The position numbers and the translations under genes are program-made. Shown here piece after piece: positions 46,442 through 56,210 of a DNA stretch of 64,000 nucleotides. The notes beneath the pieces are model-generated. The model was not told the DNA's origin. It did not search any database and saw nothing but the letters and a program-made list of their open reading frames with translations. The DNA is taken from positions 124,001-188,000 of IMG/VR virus record IMGVR_UViG_3300042923_000474; one strand, written 5' to 3'. Numbering within the stretch: the stretch's first letter is position 1; each line of letters starts with the position of its first letter.

Positions 46442-47533
46442 TTACACGGAACCAAGACTGAGAGAGGTAAAGACCGTCGACAGAGCAGGCTTGCGGCCCA
46501 CTGTGAGCGTGTAGGTACCCTTGAAGAGTGGAGAGGTAGCCTTTGCCTGCAGTGTCAACGTAAACGTCGTCAGGCTGTCCTGAGCCACTACAGGGAGGTC
46601 TTCCAGATCGTAGATCGTGAACGGGATGCCGGTGATCGCATTGATCGTTGGCAGAATGTGGTGAACCGTGGTGTCCTCCAAAACCTTGACAGTTGTGGGA
46701 AACGTGAAAGCCGCCATGCCTGACAAATCAACACGGTTGTAGAACACATTCTTACTGATCGTACTCTGCCCATCCACGCTCGGGTAAGTCACGCCGCGCT
46801 TGATCTCACGAATACTGGATGGACCGGTATTGAGCGATGCACTGTCGGCAAAGGTTACCGAGGCAGGTGTCAGGGTGCGGCCCAAGATAGTTCCCAATTG
46901 GGTCACAAAGGCCGCTTTGGCAAAGTACGCGGGCAGTGCAGCCAACGTAGCTGGCCAGGACAACCCCACAAGCTCCCAATCGCGGTCTGAGGGGCACATC
47001 CACCCAACGTTGACCTGAGTCCCCGGTTGGAAGTACAAAGAGTTCTCAGAGGCTTCCAGGGTGCATGGGCCATCTTGGGGGATGGGTGTACTCTTAAAGT
47101 CCGAAGCACTCAGTGCCGTACCGAAGGTAGCATTGAATCGTGGGATCACCTGATCGGTTGTGGTCATGACCTTGTCGTACTTCAGGGTATCGAGGTTACG
47201 ATCCCGGACGATCTCCTTTAAAGGGAATCGGTAGTAGGCAAAGTCCAACGAACCACGGTAACCCGAGCTGGGCTTGAAAGTCACCGGCAGTTTGGCATTG
47301 AACCGATCTTTGACAGCAGCCGATGGCACACCGAATGTCAGGTCAGCCAAGACGAAGCTTTTCTGCCACGTCGAGTTGATCGAGTTAACGATGTGCTGAT
47401 TGACTTCTACTGTGAATGGATCTGTGGGGGGAGAGGACAAGACCGCGTAAGCCGCGATCTGATCCAGTTTCAACAACGCGGGTTGCTGTAAAACAGCATA
47501 CGCCGCAATCTGATCAACTTTTACAGTTGCCAT
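46442..47533 (-). CDS. Virion fibre paralogue with two family domains and two N-terminal repeats
   Basis: KVDQIAAYAVL and KLDQIAAYAVL; YYRFPL and YNRVDL domains. Confidence 0.75.
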   Translation of the reverse strand: MATVKVDQIAAYAVLQQPALLKLDQIAAYAVLSSPPTDPFTVEVNQHIVNSINSTWQKSFVLADLTFGVPSAAVKDRFNAKLPVTFKPSSGYRGSLDFAYYRFPLKEIVRDRNLDTLKYDKVMTTTDQVIPRFNATFGTALSASDFKSTPIPQDGPCTLEASENSLYFQPGTQVNVGWMCPSDRDWELVGLSWPATLAALPAYFAKAAFVTQLGTILGRTLTPASVTFADSASLNTGPSSIREIKRGVTYPSVDGQSTISKNVFYNRVDLSGMAAFTFPTTVKVLEDTTVHHILPTINAITGIPFTIYDLEDLPVVAQDSLTTFTLTLQAKATSPLFKGTYTLTVGRKPALSTVFTSLSLGSV

Positions 47534-47544
47534 CGACGTTCACC

Positions 47545-48678
47545 TTAGAGAGCGGCCGCCAACTTGACGGTGTATTTATCAAGTTCCGTTTTGGCAGGGG
47601 TGGCAGCAATCGACTTGAACGCCATGCGACGCGCCAGACCAGTGGCCTGAAGTGCACGGGTGTAGTCGAACGTTTGCTGGAAGGTTGCCGTTTGGCTCTG
47701 GTCACTAGCACCGCTCTTGAGCAGGTCCAGCTTCAGGTTGGACGAGCCACTGGTAGCCAGCGCGTCTACCTGAACCATCAATGCCTTCACAGTATCCGTG
47801 TCGCTGATACCCGCAGTATCGAGGGTGACCACACCACTGGCATCGTTGTCGGTGACAGACACCGTGGTTGGTGTACCGACAGCCGCGTTGAAAGTGGCGT
47901 GTGCGTCGTTCAGGGATTCGACAACAGTCTTGCCTGCCACGTCGGGCGTCCATGTGGGGGCATTGACGGCTTTGACCGGAAGGGACTTAAGACGCACAGG
48001 GCCAACCTTCTTGACCATATCGTTGGCTGCAATCTCGGACAGGAGAATGTCTTTGAAGGCATCGTCACGATACAGCTCAGCGTAACCGCCACCGTTCGTG
48101 GTCTGAACACCCACCCAGAACGCAACCAGCTTAACCCCAGATGCGGCTAGGCGGGCGGAGATGGACAGGGTTTTCAGGTAGACGTTGTCGCGATAAACGG
48201 TGACTTCGCCGGTGACACGATCCACGGTGATCTCAAAATAGTGACCAGTGCCGACTGTGTTTGGTGTGGCCCAGTCTGCCGCCATCACAATGGAAAGTGG
48301 GGCCAACGAATCAGAAAGACGCAGACCAGCACTTGAGACCAGTGCGCCAGAGGTTCGAGCCTCGTGGGTCACACGAAAACCGAACGACAGCATCGAGGTG
48401 CCAGCCTGCAGCCCGGCTTCAGCGTTTTCCAACATGGCCTCAACGGTGGCCAAGTAGGTGCCGCCAGAGTAGTTGGACAGATTACGGGCACGTACCACCA
48501 ATGCATCTGGGTCGGTGCCTTTGCGGATGCCAAAGGTTGGACCAGTAGGCGCGTAGGCGTAAGGGTCGGTATACCCCACCGTCATTCGACTGCCTTCGAT
48601 CTGACCAACATAAGGGGTGTTGGTGTTGAAGAGACCGGTGGGGGCCTTGGTAAAACCGTAGGCTTCAATAATGCGCAT
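47545..48678 (-). CDS. Virion protein with a ConA/LamG-like beta-sandwich
   Basis: HYFEITVD...VTVYRDN, FKDIL...KVGP. Confidence 0.65.
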   Translation of the reverse strand: MRIIEAYGFTKAPTGLFNTNTPYVGQIEGSRMTVGYTDPYAYAPTGPTFGIRKGTDPDALVVRARNLSNYSGGTYLATVEAMLENAEAGLQAGTSMLSFGFRVTHEARTSGALVSSAGLRLSDSLAPLSIVMAADWATPNTVGTGHYFEITVDRVTGEVTVYRDNVYLKTLSISARLAASGVKLVAFWVGVQTTNGGGYAELYRDDAFKDILLSEIAANDMVKKVGPVRLKSLPVKAVNAPTWTPDVAGKTVVESLNDAHATFNAAVGTPTTVSVTDNDASGVVTLDTAGISDTDTVKALMVQVDALATSGSSNLKLDLLKSGASDQSQTATFQQTFDYTRALQATGLARRMAFKSIAATPAKTELDKYTVKLAAAL

Positions 48679-48693
48679 GCTGAACTCCTAGGC

Positions 48694-49017
48694 TTATCGG
48701 CCGTAGTGCATGTACAAGCGGCGGCTGTCCTGACCTTCCAGATCCTGAAGGCGGATACCCACCACACGCTTGAACAAAGGGTTGGTCGGCAACATGTCGT
48801 CGTTATCACCTACATAGATGATCTCGGCGCCTTCGAGGGAGGTCAGGTCGGTACCGGTGGTAACCCACTTGCCCTGATCCTCGGTGGGGTCGTACTGACC
48901 CAGTGCGGCCGACAGCGTTGTAAGTTTGTCTTCCGGGATGGGGCCTAACTCCAGCTCATTCAAGAATTCCTCGAATGGGGCGAAGTCAACGCGGAAGAAG
49001 TTGGGCAAAGTTTGCAT
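48694..49017 (-). CDS. Stand-alone C-terminal domain of the fibre family
   Basis: LPTNPLFKRVV...RLYMHYG matches the C-termini of ORFs in 49525-54720. Confidence 0.7.
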   Translation of the reverse strand: MQTLPNFFRVDFAPFEEFLNELELGPIPEDKLTTLSAALGQYDPTEDQGKWVTTGTDLTSLEGAEIIYVGDNDDMLPTNPLFKRVVGIRLQDLEGQDSRRLYMHYGR

Positions 49018-49019
49018 GG

Positions 49020-49517
49020 TTAACTCCAGTCGAAGTAGGGTTCGGGAATGGCTGCAGAGATCGACGGAATACCGCCACTGAACAACGTGCAGCTACCTTT
49101 CCAGAAGATACCCGTAGATTTGGCGGTCAATGGGATTTTGAATGTCCCGTCACCGTTATCGATCAGGGCCGCATCTTCCACATCGTCGGCATCAAACAAC
49201 ACGCCAAACGTTTTGAGGATGTAGGGGAAGCAGTCGTAAACACGGGCTGCGCCTGTCAGTACATTGGTCTGAGCAGTGCCCGCACTGGCGCCCAAGACGG
49301 CCAAGTCCACACGGTTGTACTTAAACGACCGGTAGTCCTTATACGTTGGGTTGGTCCCTGTTGCCGTGAGTTTGATTTTGGTGTCAAACCCTTCTGGATC
49401 ATTGGCCAGCGCCGAGGGCGGCGAGAGGGTCCAGAGGTTGGCAGCAGAATAAGCGAGGGCATGATTGGCCTGCAGCTGAATAAGCAGGCTGATCTTGGAA
49501 CCTTGTTTTAAGTCCAT
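49020..49517 (-). CDS. Virion fibre paralogue
   Basis: DTKIKL...FKYNRVDL. Confidence 0.75.
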   Translation of the reverse strand: MDLKQGSKISLLIQLQANHALAYSAANLWTLSPPSALANDPEGFDTKIKLTATGTNPTYKDYRSFKYNRVDLAVLGASAGTAQTNVLTGAARVYDCFPYILKTFGVLFDADDVEDAALIDNGDGTFKIPLTAKSTGIFWKGSCTLFSGGIPSISAAIPEPYFDWS

Positions 49518-49524
49518 GGCTCAC

Positions 49525-50418
49525 CTACACCTTGTAGTGAAGCAAGAATTTACCCACGAACCAACCACCCGCCGCAGGTGGAGTAATGACCACCACATTG
49601 TTGTAGTCTGTGGAGTTTGCCTCGGGCACGTTTACGTTGGGTAGGGCATACTTGATGCAGCGAGCATCTTGCAGGCCACCCTCAGTCGCAGCCGGAACAT
49701 AAGCGTTGAGCTTACGGCCAGCCACCAGGCTCATGTACGACACCAAGTCTTTCGCCTGCGCAGTGCTGGGCAAAACCTGAAGCGTGGTCAAAGACTGCAG
49801 CAGTGCACTGAACTTGGAGAAGTCCGTCCCATAGGTCATGAAGTCGGCCATGGGTTTCGGGTTACCGCCCGGCGCTACTCCACTAACCAAGGTCAGCAGG
49901 AGCGGGGTGGTGGCAGGCACCTGTTCAGACACAGGCTTTTTGGTAGCCTTGCGGTTCCAGCGAAAAGACCCAATCCACGCGGGGTTGTTAGTCGGGAAGT
50001 TCCAAATGTAGCCGGTTTGCACCGTATTGGGAACCACTGCACGGTCCGAGTCCGAGGCGATGAACTTGGTGCCATACTTCTGGTTGATCCAGCGCATCGC
50101 CGATTCAATCTTGACGTTGACGCCGGTCAAGTCGTCAGGCGTGGCGTAGTCGTCGATTACCGGTACGCCTTGTTGGAACAAGACATCCGAAGACAGACGA
50201 CGGTAGGTGAGCACGGTGGTGGCCATGTAGCCGGAACCGGTACGAGGCATCACCGAAATTTGTGTGTTGCGAATCCCCTGACCAGTGATCGCTGCCGGAA
50301 CACCCAAACGACAGTTATCTGGCGTGAGTTTGTACGGCAGCTGAGGATTGTCCCGATTGATCAAATCAAAGACCAATTCGGCAGATGTTTTTCGATAGTC
50401 TAAGTCCATCTTCTTCAT
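49525..50418 (-). CDS. Virion fibre paralogue (two-domain)
   Basis: LINRDNP, RNT, TYRRL; VPEAN...GKFLLHY. Confidence 0.75.
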   Translation of the reverse strand: MKKMDLDYRKTSAELVFDLINRDNPQLPYKLTPDNCRLGVPAAITGQGIRNTQISVMPRTGSGYMATTVLTYRRLSSDVLFQQGVPVIDDYATPDDLTGVNVKIESAMRWINQKYGTKFIASDSDRAVVPNTVQTGYIWNFPTNNPAWIGSFRWNRKATKKPVSEQVPATTPLLLTLVSGVAPGGNPKPMADFMTYGTDFSKFSALLQSLTTLQVLPSTAQAKDLVSYMSLVAGRKLNAYVPAATEGGLQDARCIKYALPNVNVPEANSTDYNNVVVITPPAAGGWFVGKFLLHYKV

Positions 50419-50459
50419 CCCAGTTGGAAGGGGCCGGGGAGTACCCGGCCACTATGCCG

Positions 50460-51344
50460 TCAGTCCGCCGAGTTCGGGTTATCCGGGTCGTTGAAGTGCA
50501 GGTAGAAGCGACCAGTGGGTGTGGTCACGCCGGTACGCAGCTCCAAGCACATCACGTACTTGTACGACTGGTTGGTGGGGAAGACCATGGTGTTCAGACC
50601 GCAGAAGATCACTTTGGCGCCGTTGAGCGACCAGGTGTTGCTGCTGTCGGAGTTGTTCCACAGTGTGGCGCCAGGACCCTGATCGAGTGCCTTAAGGGCC
50701 GTCACCAGGATGTCAGCATTGGCGGAAGACAGTACGCCTTCGGCCATGGCCAGCAATTGGTCACGGTAACCTGTCAGGTTCAGCGGGTAGGCGTACAGCA
50801 GTGCCGAGGTCTGAGTCGCCGGATCGGCCACTGGGTAGTTCAAACCATTCAACGCCTTGACCGTGGTCAGGGTGTCGATGTTTGCACCACCTTGAACGAC
50901 ATCAAAGGACAACTGACCCAGCCACAGAGGCGAAGCGTCCTTGGCCTTGATGGTCACGGTACCGGCACCTTGGCCATCCAGCACCACAGGCTCGCTGAGA
51001 ATATCCTGCGGACCCAGCACGAGGCCGAAGTAGTACAGGATGTTCGACAACAGGTCGATGGTCGTTGCAGGTTGGTAAACCGGCAGAGGGCGGGTAGGAC
51101 GGAACTTGGCGAAGTCTGCCAACTTCAAGCGATCGTATTTAACGGTCGCCTTACCTTCGAAACCAGCGCCTTGTTTCGGCGTTACCTTGGCGTAGGTGTT
51201 TTTGGTGGTAGTACCCTCCATCCACGTCCCGGCGATCGGCTTGGGATCGGACCAGGTGAGGTTGGCTGCAGTGAACTGCGTGGTACTGTTGGCCGCATTC
51301 AAATAGTTGAAGAGGGCCTGCTTGGAATCTACGAAAACAGACAT
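50460..51344 (-). CDS. Virion fibre paralogue (two-domain)
   Basis: KNT, KYDRLKL, LNGLNYP; GRFYLHFN. Confidence 0.75.
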   Translation of the reverse strand: MSVFVDSKQALFNYLNAANSTTQFTAANLTWSDPKPIAGTWMEGTTTKNTYAKVTPKQGAGFEGKATVKYDRLKLADFAKFRPTRPLPVYQPATTIDLLSNILYYFGLVLGPQDILSEPVVLDGQGAGTVTIKAKDASPLWLGQLSFDVVQGGANIDTLTTVKALNGLNYPVADPATQTSALLYAYPLNLTGYRDQLLAMAEGVLSSANADILVTALKALDQGPGATLWNNSDSSNTWSLNGAKVIFCGLNTMVFPTNQSYKYVMCLELRTGVTTPTGRFYLHFNDPDNPNSAD

Positions 51345-51356
51345 GGCTGCCTCCTC

Positions 51357-52244
51357 TTAAAGGTTGAAGTACAGAATCCACTTGCCTGCGAGGCGTGGGT
51401 TGCTGGCGTCGGTGACCGTGAGGATCTTCGCGTAGGCAAAACCTGGCTTGTTCGCCTCGGGGTGTATGGCGCTCGGTAGCGCCACCGCGGAGAACGTGCC
51501 GTTGGACATGTTCCACGGAGCTGTATCGGCATTGTAGGTGCCCACAGCAATCGGCCAACCCGTCAAGCGAGTGATCTCGGCAATTACGCCGCCCTGACCA
51601 CTGAGGACAACCGTGTTGCTAGCGGTCCAGCCTTGGGCCAGTGCGAACTCAGTGAAGTCCAGACCTGCAAAGACAAACTCAGGACGCAGACTGCGATCTG
51701 GCTTGGCCACGAAGTCGTTACCGCCTGGCCATTGGGCGCCATCCAGTTCAGTCACGGTCAGAATGTCGATACCGACTTGCTGCAGGCCACGGTTCCAGGT
51801 GACGGTGAAGCTACCCACGTAGGCCAGGTTATCGGCAGTGGCCGTCCAAACGCGTGCGGCACCGCTGTTGGTAGAGTTCCAGACGCTGCCCGTGATGCCG
51901 GACACTGTCAGGTTCACGCCGTACAGTTGGTTGACGTAACCGATGGCCTGGGCCAGGGTCATGGAGGCGCCATCGTTCAGCCAGCGAGTGAATGCGATGT
52001 TGTTACCACGGAACAGGCTGGTCAGATCGCGGCGACGATACAGAACTTCCAGCACGCCTCGGTACTTGCTGGAGGACTTGGCCGTGATCTTGAGCTTGGT
52101 ATTGCGACCGAAACTGTCAGCGGCAACAACCACGGGTTTACCGAAGATGAAGTCGGTGGTATTGATGGGCCATGGCAGCGTCGGGTTATCCGCGTTGATC
52201 TGCGCGATGGCCTCTTCGAGAGGACTGCCTGTGAGAATTGGCAT
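51357..52244 (-). CDS. Virion fibre paralogue (two-domain)
   Basis: INADNP, RNT, YRRRDL; PEAN...GKWILYFN. Confidence 0.75.
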   Translation of the reverse strand: MPILTGSPLEEAIAQINADNPTLPWPINTTDFIFGKPVVVAADSFGRNTKLKITAKSSSKYRGVLEVLYRRRDLTSLFRGNNIAFTRWLNDGASMTLAQAIGYVNQLYGVNLTVSGITGSVWNSTNSGAARVWTATADNLAYVGSFTVTWNRGLQQVGIDILTVTELDGAQWPGGNDFVAKPDRSLRPEFVFAGLDFTEFALAQGWTASNTVVLSGQGGVIAEITRLTGWPIAVGTYNADTAPWNMSNGTFSAVALPSAIHPEANKPGFAYAKILTVTDASNPRLAGKWILYFNL

Positions 52245-52254
52245 GTGCTTTTAC

Positions 52255-53022
52255 CTAGGCTGGATTGTAGTGGAAGTACATGGCGCCTTGTAAAAGGCCG
52301 CTCTGCACAGTCGACTGAATAACGACGCGTTTGAACACAGGGTTGGCATCAGGTACTTCTGCCGTTGCCTTGTCCACAACTTTGCCTTTAACCCAGTCAG
52401 GGATACCCATGGCACGAGTCACTGTTTGAACGAGCGCCCAATCGGAATACTCGCCCTTGGCAGTTGGCTTCAATGCATCCTGGATACCAGAGAAGTCCGC
52501 ACCCCACGTCCACATCCGGCTGGATTGTCGGTTGGTATTGTTGGGGTGTTTGAAGATGTCCAGATCGGTCTTGCCAATCATCGAGTCCAGCCACGAGGGA
52601 CCGAACGACAGATTGAGGTCCAGACCACCGAACCACTGCAACGAGGTCTCTGCAATCTCGATGCGCGAAGAGATCGCCTCACCATCACCCAGCACAGGTG
52701 GGGTGTACTCTTCGAAGTCTTCGGGGTTGATGTCGAGGCCAAACTTGTTAGCCAGGCCCAGCACAATCATTTCACGGTTCATGGCTTCCAGAGAACGGAA
52801 GTCAAAAGACGTCACGTAGTCTGCCAGATTCATGCGGTCATAGTAGACATCGACCTCACCGTAGTAACCGCGCCCCGGAATACCGGAGATGGTCACCAGT
52901 GTGTTGCGGTCGTGCTCTGTGGTCGGTTGGGGTACCGAGAACGAGAGCCGCTTTTCCGTGAACTCCTTGGGTGGAGTGAACATGTCGTTTAGAACGACAA
53001 ACATCCGTTCGGCGTTAGCCAT
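52255..53022 (-). CDS. Virion fibre paralogue (two-domain)
   Basis: RNT, YYDRMNL; VPDANP...GAMYFHYN. Confidence 0.75.
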   Translation of the reverse strand: MANAERMFVVLNDMFTPPKEFTEKRLSFSVPQPTTEHDRNTLVTISGIPGRGYYGEVDVYYDRMNLADYVTSFDFRSLEAMNREMIVLGLANKFGLDINPEDFEEYTPPVLGDGEAISSRIEIAETSLQWFGGLDLNLSFGPSWLDSMIGKTDLDIFKHPNNTNRQSSRMWTWGADFSGIQDALKPTAKGEYSDWALVQTVTRAMGIPDWVKGKVVDKATAEVPDANPVFKRVVIQSTVQSGLLQGAMYFHYNPA

Positions 53023-53032
53023 GGTTCACCCC

Positions 53033-53875
53033 CTATGCCAGGTCTGGATCGGGTTCATTGAAGTGAAGCGTCAGCTCACCTGTCAGACCCAAGCAGTTGG
53101 CATCCACCAGCATGACCTTAATGAAGCGGTCGTACTTCGGGTTGGCTTCATTCGGATGCTCGGCGGAAATACCCACCATGCGAATCGTTGCACCGGCCAG
53201 ACTGAAACGGCTGATGCCTTCGATCTTCCAATCGTCACCTGTCTGCGTTTTAAGCAGAGGACCCAACACGTTCACCGGGGCATCACCCACCACGATGTCC
53301 TTGAGCTGCTCGTAGGAGGTCGTGAAGTCACGCCAGTACGAATAGATCTGGGCATACGGTCGAGTGGTGGTCGCCGATGGGTAGCGCAGACCGTTGAGAC
53401 GGGTCACCTTGAGGTAGTCCGCCAACTGGTAGCCACCCGGACGGGTACCCACCGAAACAGTGCCAGTCCATGCCAAGCTGGTAGGCAGTGCCTCCAACTC
53501 AACCACGCCGCCTTGAGCTTTCTCTTCGTCAGTCAGCGCACGGATCAGTACATCTTTATCCGTGAGCAGTGTGCCGTAGCGTTTGTTCATGGCCGCAATG
53601 ATGTCACTGGTGCTTTGCGGTTCTTTGACCGGCACCAACAAGGTCACTTGCGCAGCCAAGTCGGACAATGGGTTGCGATGGTAGCGGAACGTCTCGGAAC
53701 CGGAGTACGCTGTCTCTTGGTTTTTGGCAGTGAGCACGATCGTCGTATTGAACTGCCCTACCGGAGTAATCGCGATAGGTGCTTCGAAGATGTATTCACT
53801 GGCCACCAAGTCAAGCTTGTTCAGCCGGTTGATCGATTCCACCATCACATCCAAAGAGGGTTTATAAAGCGACAT
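53033..53875 (-). CDS. Virion fibre paralogue (two-domain)
   Basis: FNT, YHRNPL, LNGLRYP; EANPKY...GELTLHFN. Confidence 0.75.
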   Translation of the reverse strand: MSLYKPSLDVMVESINRLNKLDLVASEYIFEAPIAITPVGQFNTTIVLTAKNQETAYSGSETFRYHRNPLSDLAAQVTLLVPVKEPQSTSDIIAAMNKRYGTLLTDKDVLIRALTDEEKAQGGVVELEALPTSLAWTGTVSVGTRPGGYQLADYLKVTRLNGLRYPSATTTRPYAQIYSYWRDFTTSYEQLKDIVVGDAPVNVLGPLLKTQTGDDWKIEGISRFSLAGATIRMVGISAEHPNEANPKYDRFIKVMLVDANCLGLTGELTLHFNEPDPDLA

Positions 53876-53886
53876 AATCGTGCCCT

Positions 53887-54720
53887 TTAGGAAGTGAGGT
53901 TATAGTGGAAGTAGGCGATACCCGAGTAGTCCATGGTTTGCACGTTGGCAATATCCTTGATCACCTGAACAAGCACTCGATCGTAGTCCTTGTTAGCTTC
54001 CGGTACCTGCGCCGTACTGTAGTCGAACATGGGGTTGTTCCATGCCACGGGCCAGTTCGAGTAACCGAACGAAGCCATCAGTGTCCGCATGGCGTTCCCG
54101 TCGTTAACGATGTTGTAGAACGGGTGCTTGCGAACTTTGGCGTAATGTTCCGACCAGTCTTCACTGTAAGTGAACAACGTGATCGGTCGCTTGTTCAGCG
54201 TGTCCAGCGTTTGACCCGGATGCAACATGACATCGAGATCACGCATGACGACAACCTCAGACAGCAGAGGACGACGTCGGGTAAAGCGAATAACAAACTG
54301 GCCGATGTAGGACAATGAAGTGGTAAGGGCTACGAGGGGGATGTTGACCTCTTCGTTTTCGCCCAACCAGCTGTAGTCAACCTGCTCGAAGTCATCGACA
54401 TCCAACTGGATGCCCAACTCTTGGCCGATATACGGCAACATCGAATGCAGGTTTCCGTTACTCAGCCCATTGATCCGGGGACGGATATCACCAAACGCGC
54501 TTGTAAGGTCCATCCGCTCGTACTCAACGGGGACCATGCCTTCATAGGTCGTATCGGGAATCGGCACAACGACACTACGGACCAGGGTAGGTAGGGGACC
54601 CTGGACAAACTTAGGCGTGGTAAAAAGCACATCGTCCGGGTTCAACGGGGAGGGAAGGACATTCTGCTGATTGATGAGATCAACTAAAACGTCCCTGCCC
54701 TTTCCAGGGACAAGGATCAT
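53887..54720 (-). CDS. Virion fibre paralogue (two-domain)
   Basis: AGGAG RBS before ATG 54720; YERMDL; VPEANKDY...GIAYFHYN. Confidence 0.75.
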   Translation of the reverse strand: MILVPGKGRDVLVDLINQQNVLPSPLNPDDVLFTTPKFVQGPLPTLVRSVVVPIPDTTYEGMVPVEYERMDLTSAFGDIRPRINGLSNGNLHSMLPYIGQELGIQLDVDDFEQVDYSWLGENEEVNIPLVALTTSLSYIGQFVIRFTRRRPLLSEVVVMRDLDVMLHPGQTLDTLNKRPITLFTYSEDWSEHYAKVRKHPFYNIVNDGNAMRTLMASFGYSNWPVAWNNPMFDYSTAQVPEANKDYDRVLVQVIKDIANVQTMDYSGIAYFHYNLTS

Positions 54721-54880
54721 TTTTCTCTCCTGAAACCGTGATCTGAAGGGAAGGAATGTGTGCCGGATAGGAAACATTCACATAGGATTAGCCCTTGCTG
54801 AAATAAGATAGGTAAGGGCATAAAAGAGAGTGGCCTTTCGGCCACTCCCAGTGAGTCCCTTCGTTCACGCACGTCAGGTC

Positions 54881-55444
54881 TTACTCGGCCGGCGGGGTTG
54901 CCGGAGGAGTTGGGTAGTTCAGACCAGACAGAGTGGTCACGGTGATCACGTCGGACAATGGGATGTCTTCAGCGGTCAAGGTCACGCTCAGGGATTCCAG
55001 GAAGACGTAGGAGTCTGCGTCAGCCGGGATCTGGATGATCTTGGTTTCGTTGGGAGTACCTTCCCAATCACCGATGTCGCCGTCGATGTAGTCGTCGGCG
55101 GTCAGGTTGATGCCGAGTGCAGTGTTGATCTCGTCGATCAGGTCTGCGAACTTGGCAGCGTCACCTACCGGGATCTCCAGCGCGCCAGTGATGCCAGCGG
55201 CGGCGATGAAGCCGTCGAGAGCCAGGCGGTTGTAGTTCACGGCCACTTCACCGGTATAACCGGAGTTAGGCAGAGCCGACACTTCCAACGTGGTGTTGGC
55301 CACTGGGTTCTGACCAGTAGCGGCTTGAGGCACGCCCAGACCCATTACGGTGCTGGAGATGGTCTTGCCAGGGTTGTCGAAGTTGATGAGATCGAAAATG
55401 ATCTCTTTTGGAGCTTTCTTGAAGTCACTGACATGGAGGGCCAT
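54881..55444 (-). CDS. Virion fibre/decoration paralogue (single domain, own terminator)
   Basis: LINFDNP, ANT, YNRLAL, PLSDVITVTTLSGLNYP; hairpin-TTTTATGCCC at 54816-54849 on the minus strand. Confidence 0.78.
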   Translation of the reverse strand: MALHVSDFKKAPKEIIFDLINFDNPGKTISSTVMGLGVPQAATGQNPVANTTLEVSALPNSGYTGEVAVNYNRLALDGFIAAAGITGALEIPVGDAAKFADLIDEINTALGINLTADDYIDGDIGDWEGTPNETKIIQIPADADSYVFLESLSVTLTAEDIPLSDVITVTTLSGLNYPTPPATPPAE

Positions 55445-55541
55445 GGGGACACCTTTTGGTTGCTGCGTGATGGAAAAAGGCCCCTTAGTAAAGGACCACA
55501 TATCATAGTAAAGTTATAGACGACCGCCTAGGGGCATTTAA

Positions 55542-56210
55542 ATGCAAGGGTTATTCATTACGTTGGAAGCAACTGAGGGGGCGGGCAAAGGTACCTCTCG
55601 TGGTTTCCTCGACGACTGTTTCAAAGCATCGGGTAGAACCACTACCTTAACCCGTGAACCGGGCGGTACACCACTGGCTGAAAAGATCCGTGAGCTGTTG
55701 CTGAGTCCCAGTGACGAGCCGATGTGCAATCAGACCGAACTGCTATTGATGTTTGCCTCTCGCATGCAGCACGTTGAGGGTGTCATTGGTCCTTACAAGG
55801 CCAAAGGCTGTGTGGTGCTCTGTGAGCGGTTCCTCGATAGCACGTACGCTTATCAGCATTATGCTCGGGGAATGCCTAAGGAGCTACTGGACGGGCTTGT
55901 GGAGCTACTTAAGCCACCGGTACCTGACTACACTTTCATTCTAGACATCGATCCGGTGATTGGGATGGCGCGTGCTAGCGCTCGTGGTGTGTTAGACCGT
56001 ATTGAGCAGGAGCACATCGACTTTTTTCACCGTGCTCGAAACGGTTTTCTATCACGAGCCAAGGAAGATACTTCAGGGCGTTTCCGTATTGTCGATGCAA
56101 CGCCACCGATTCCAGAAGTACGCAAGCAATACCTTGATCACCTACTTAACGATAACTTGATTACGCCAGAGGCTGCTGTCCTGGTGAGAGGAAAATACGA
56201 TGTCGCATAA
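55542..56210 (+). CDS. tmk: Thymidylate (dTMP) kinase
   Basis: EATEGAGKGT P-loop, TREPGGT, ELLLMFASR, ERFLDSTYAYQ, DRIE. Confidence 0.93.
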   Translation: MQGLFITLEATEGAGKGTSRGFLDDCFKASGRTTTLTREPGGTPLAEKIRELLLSPSDEPMCNQTELLLMFASRMQHVEGVIGPYKAKGCVVLCERFLDSTYAYQHYARGMPKELLDGLVELLKPPVPDYTFILDIDPVIGMARASARGVLDRIEQEHIDFFHRARNGFLSRAKEDTSGRFRIVDATPPIPEVRKQYLDHLLNDNLITPEAAVLVRGKYDVA

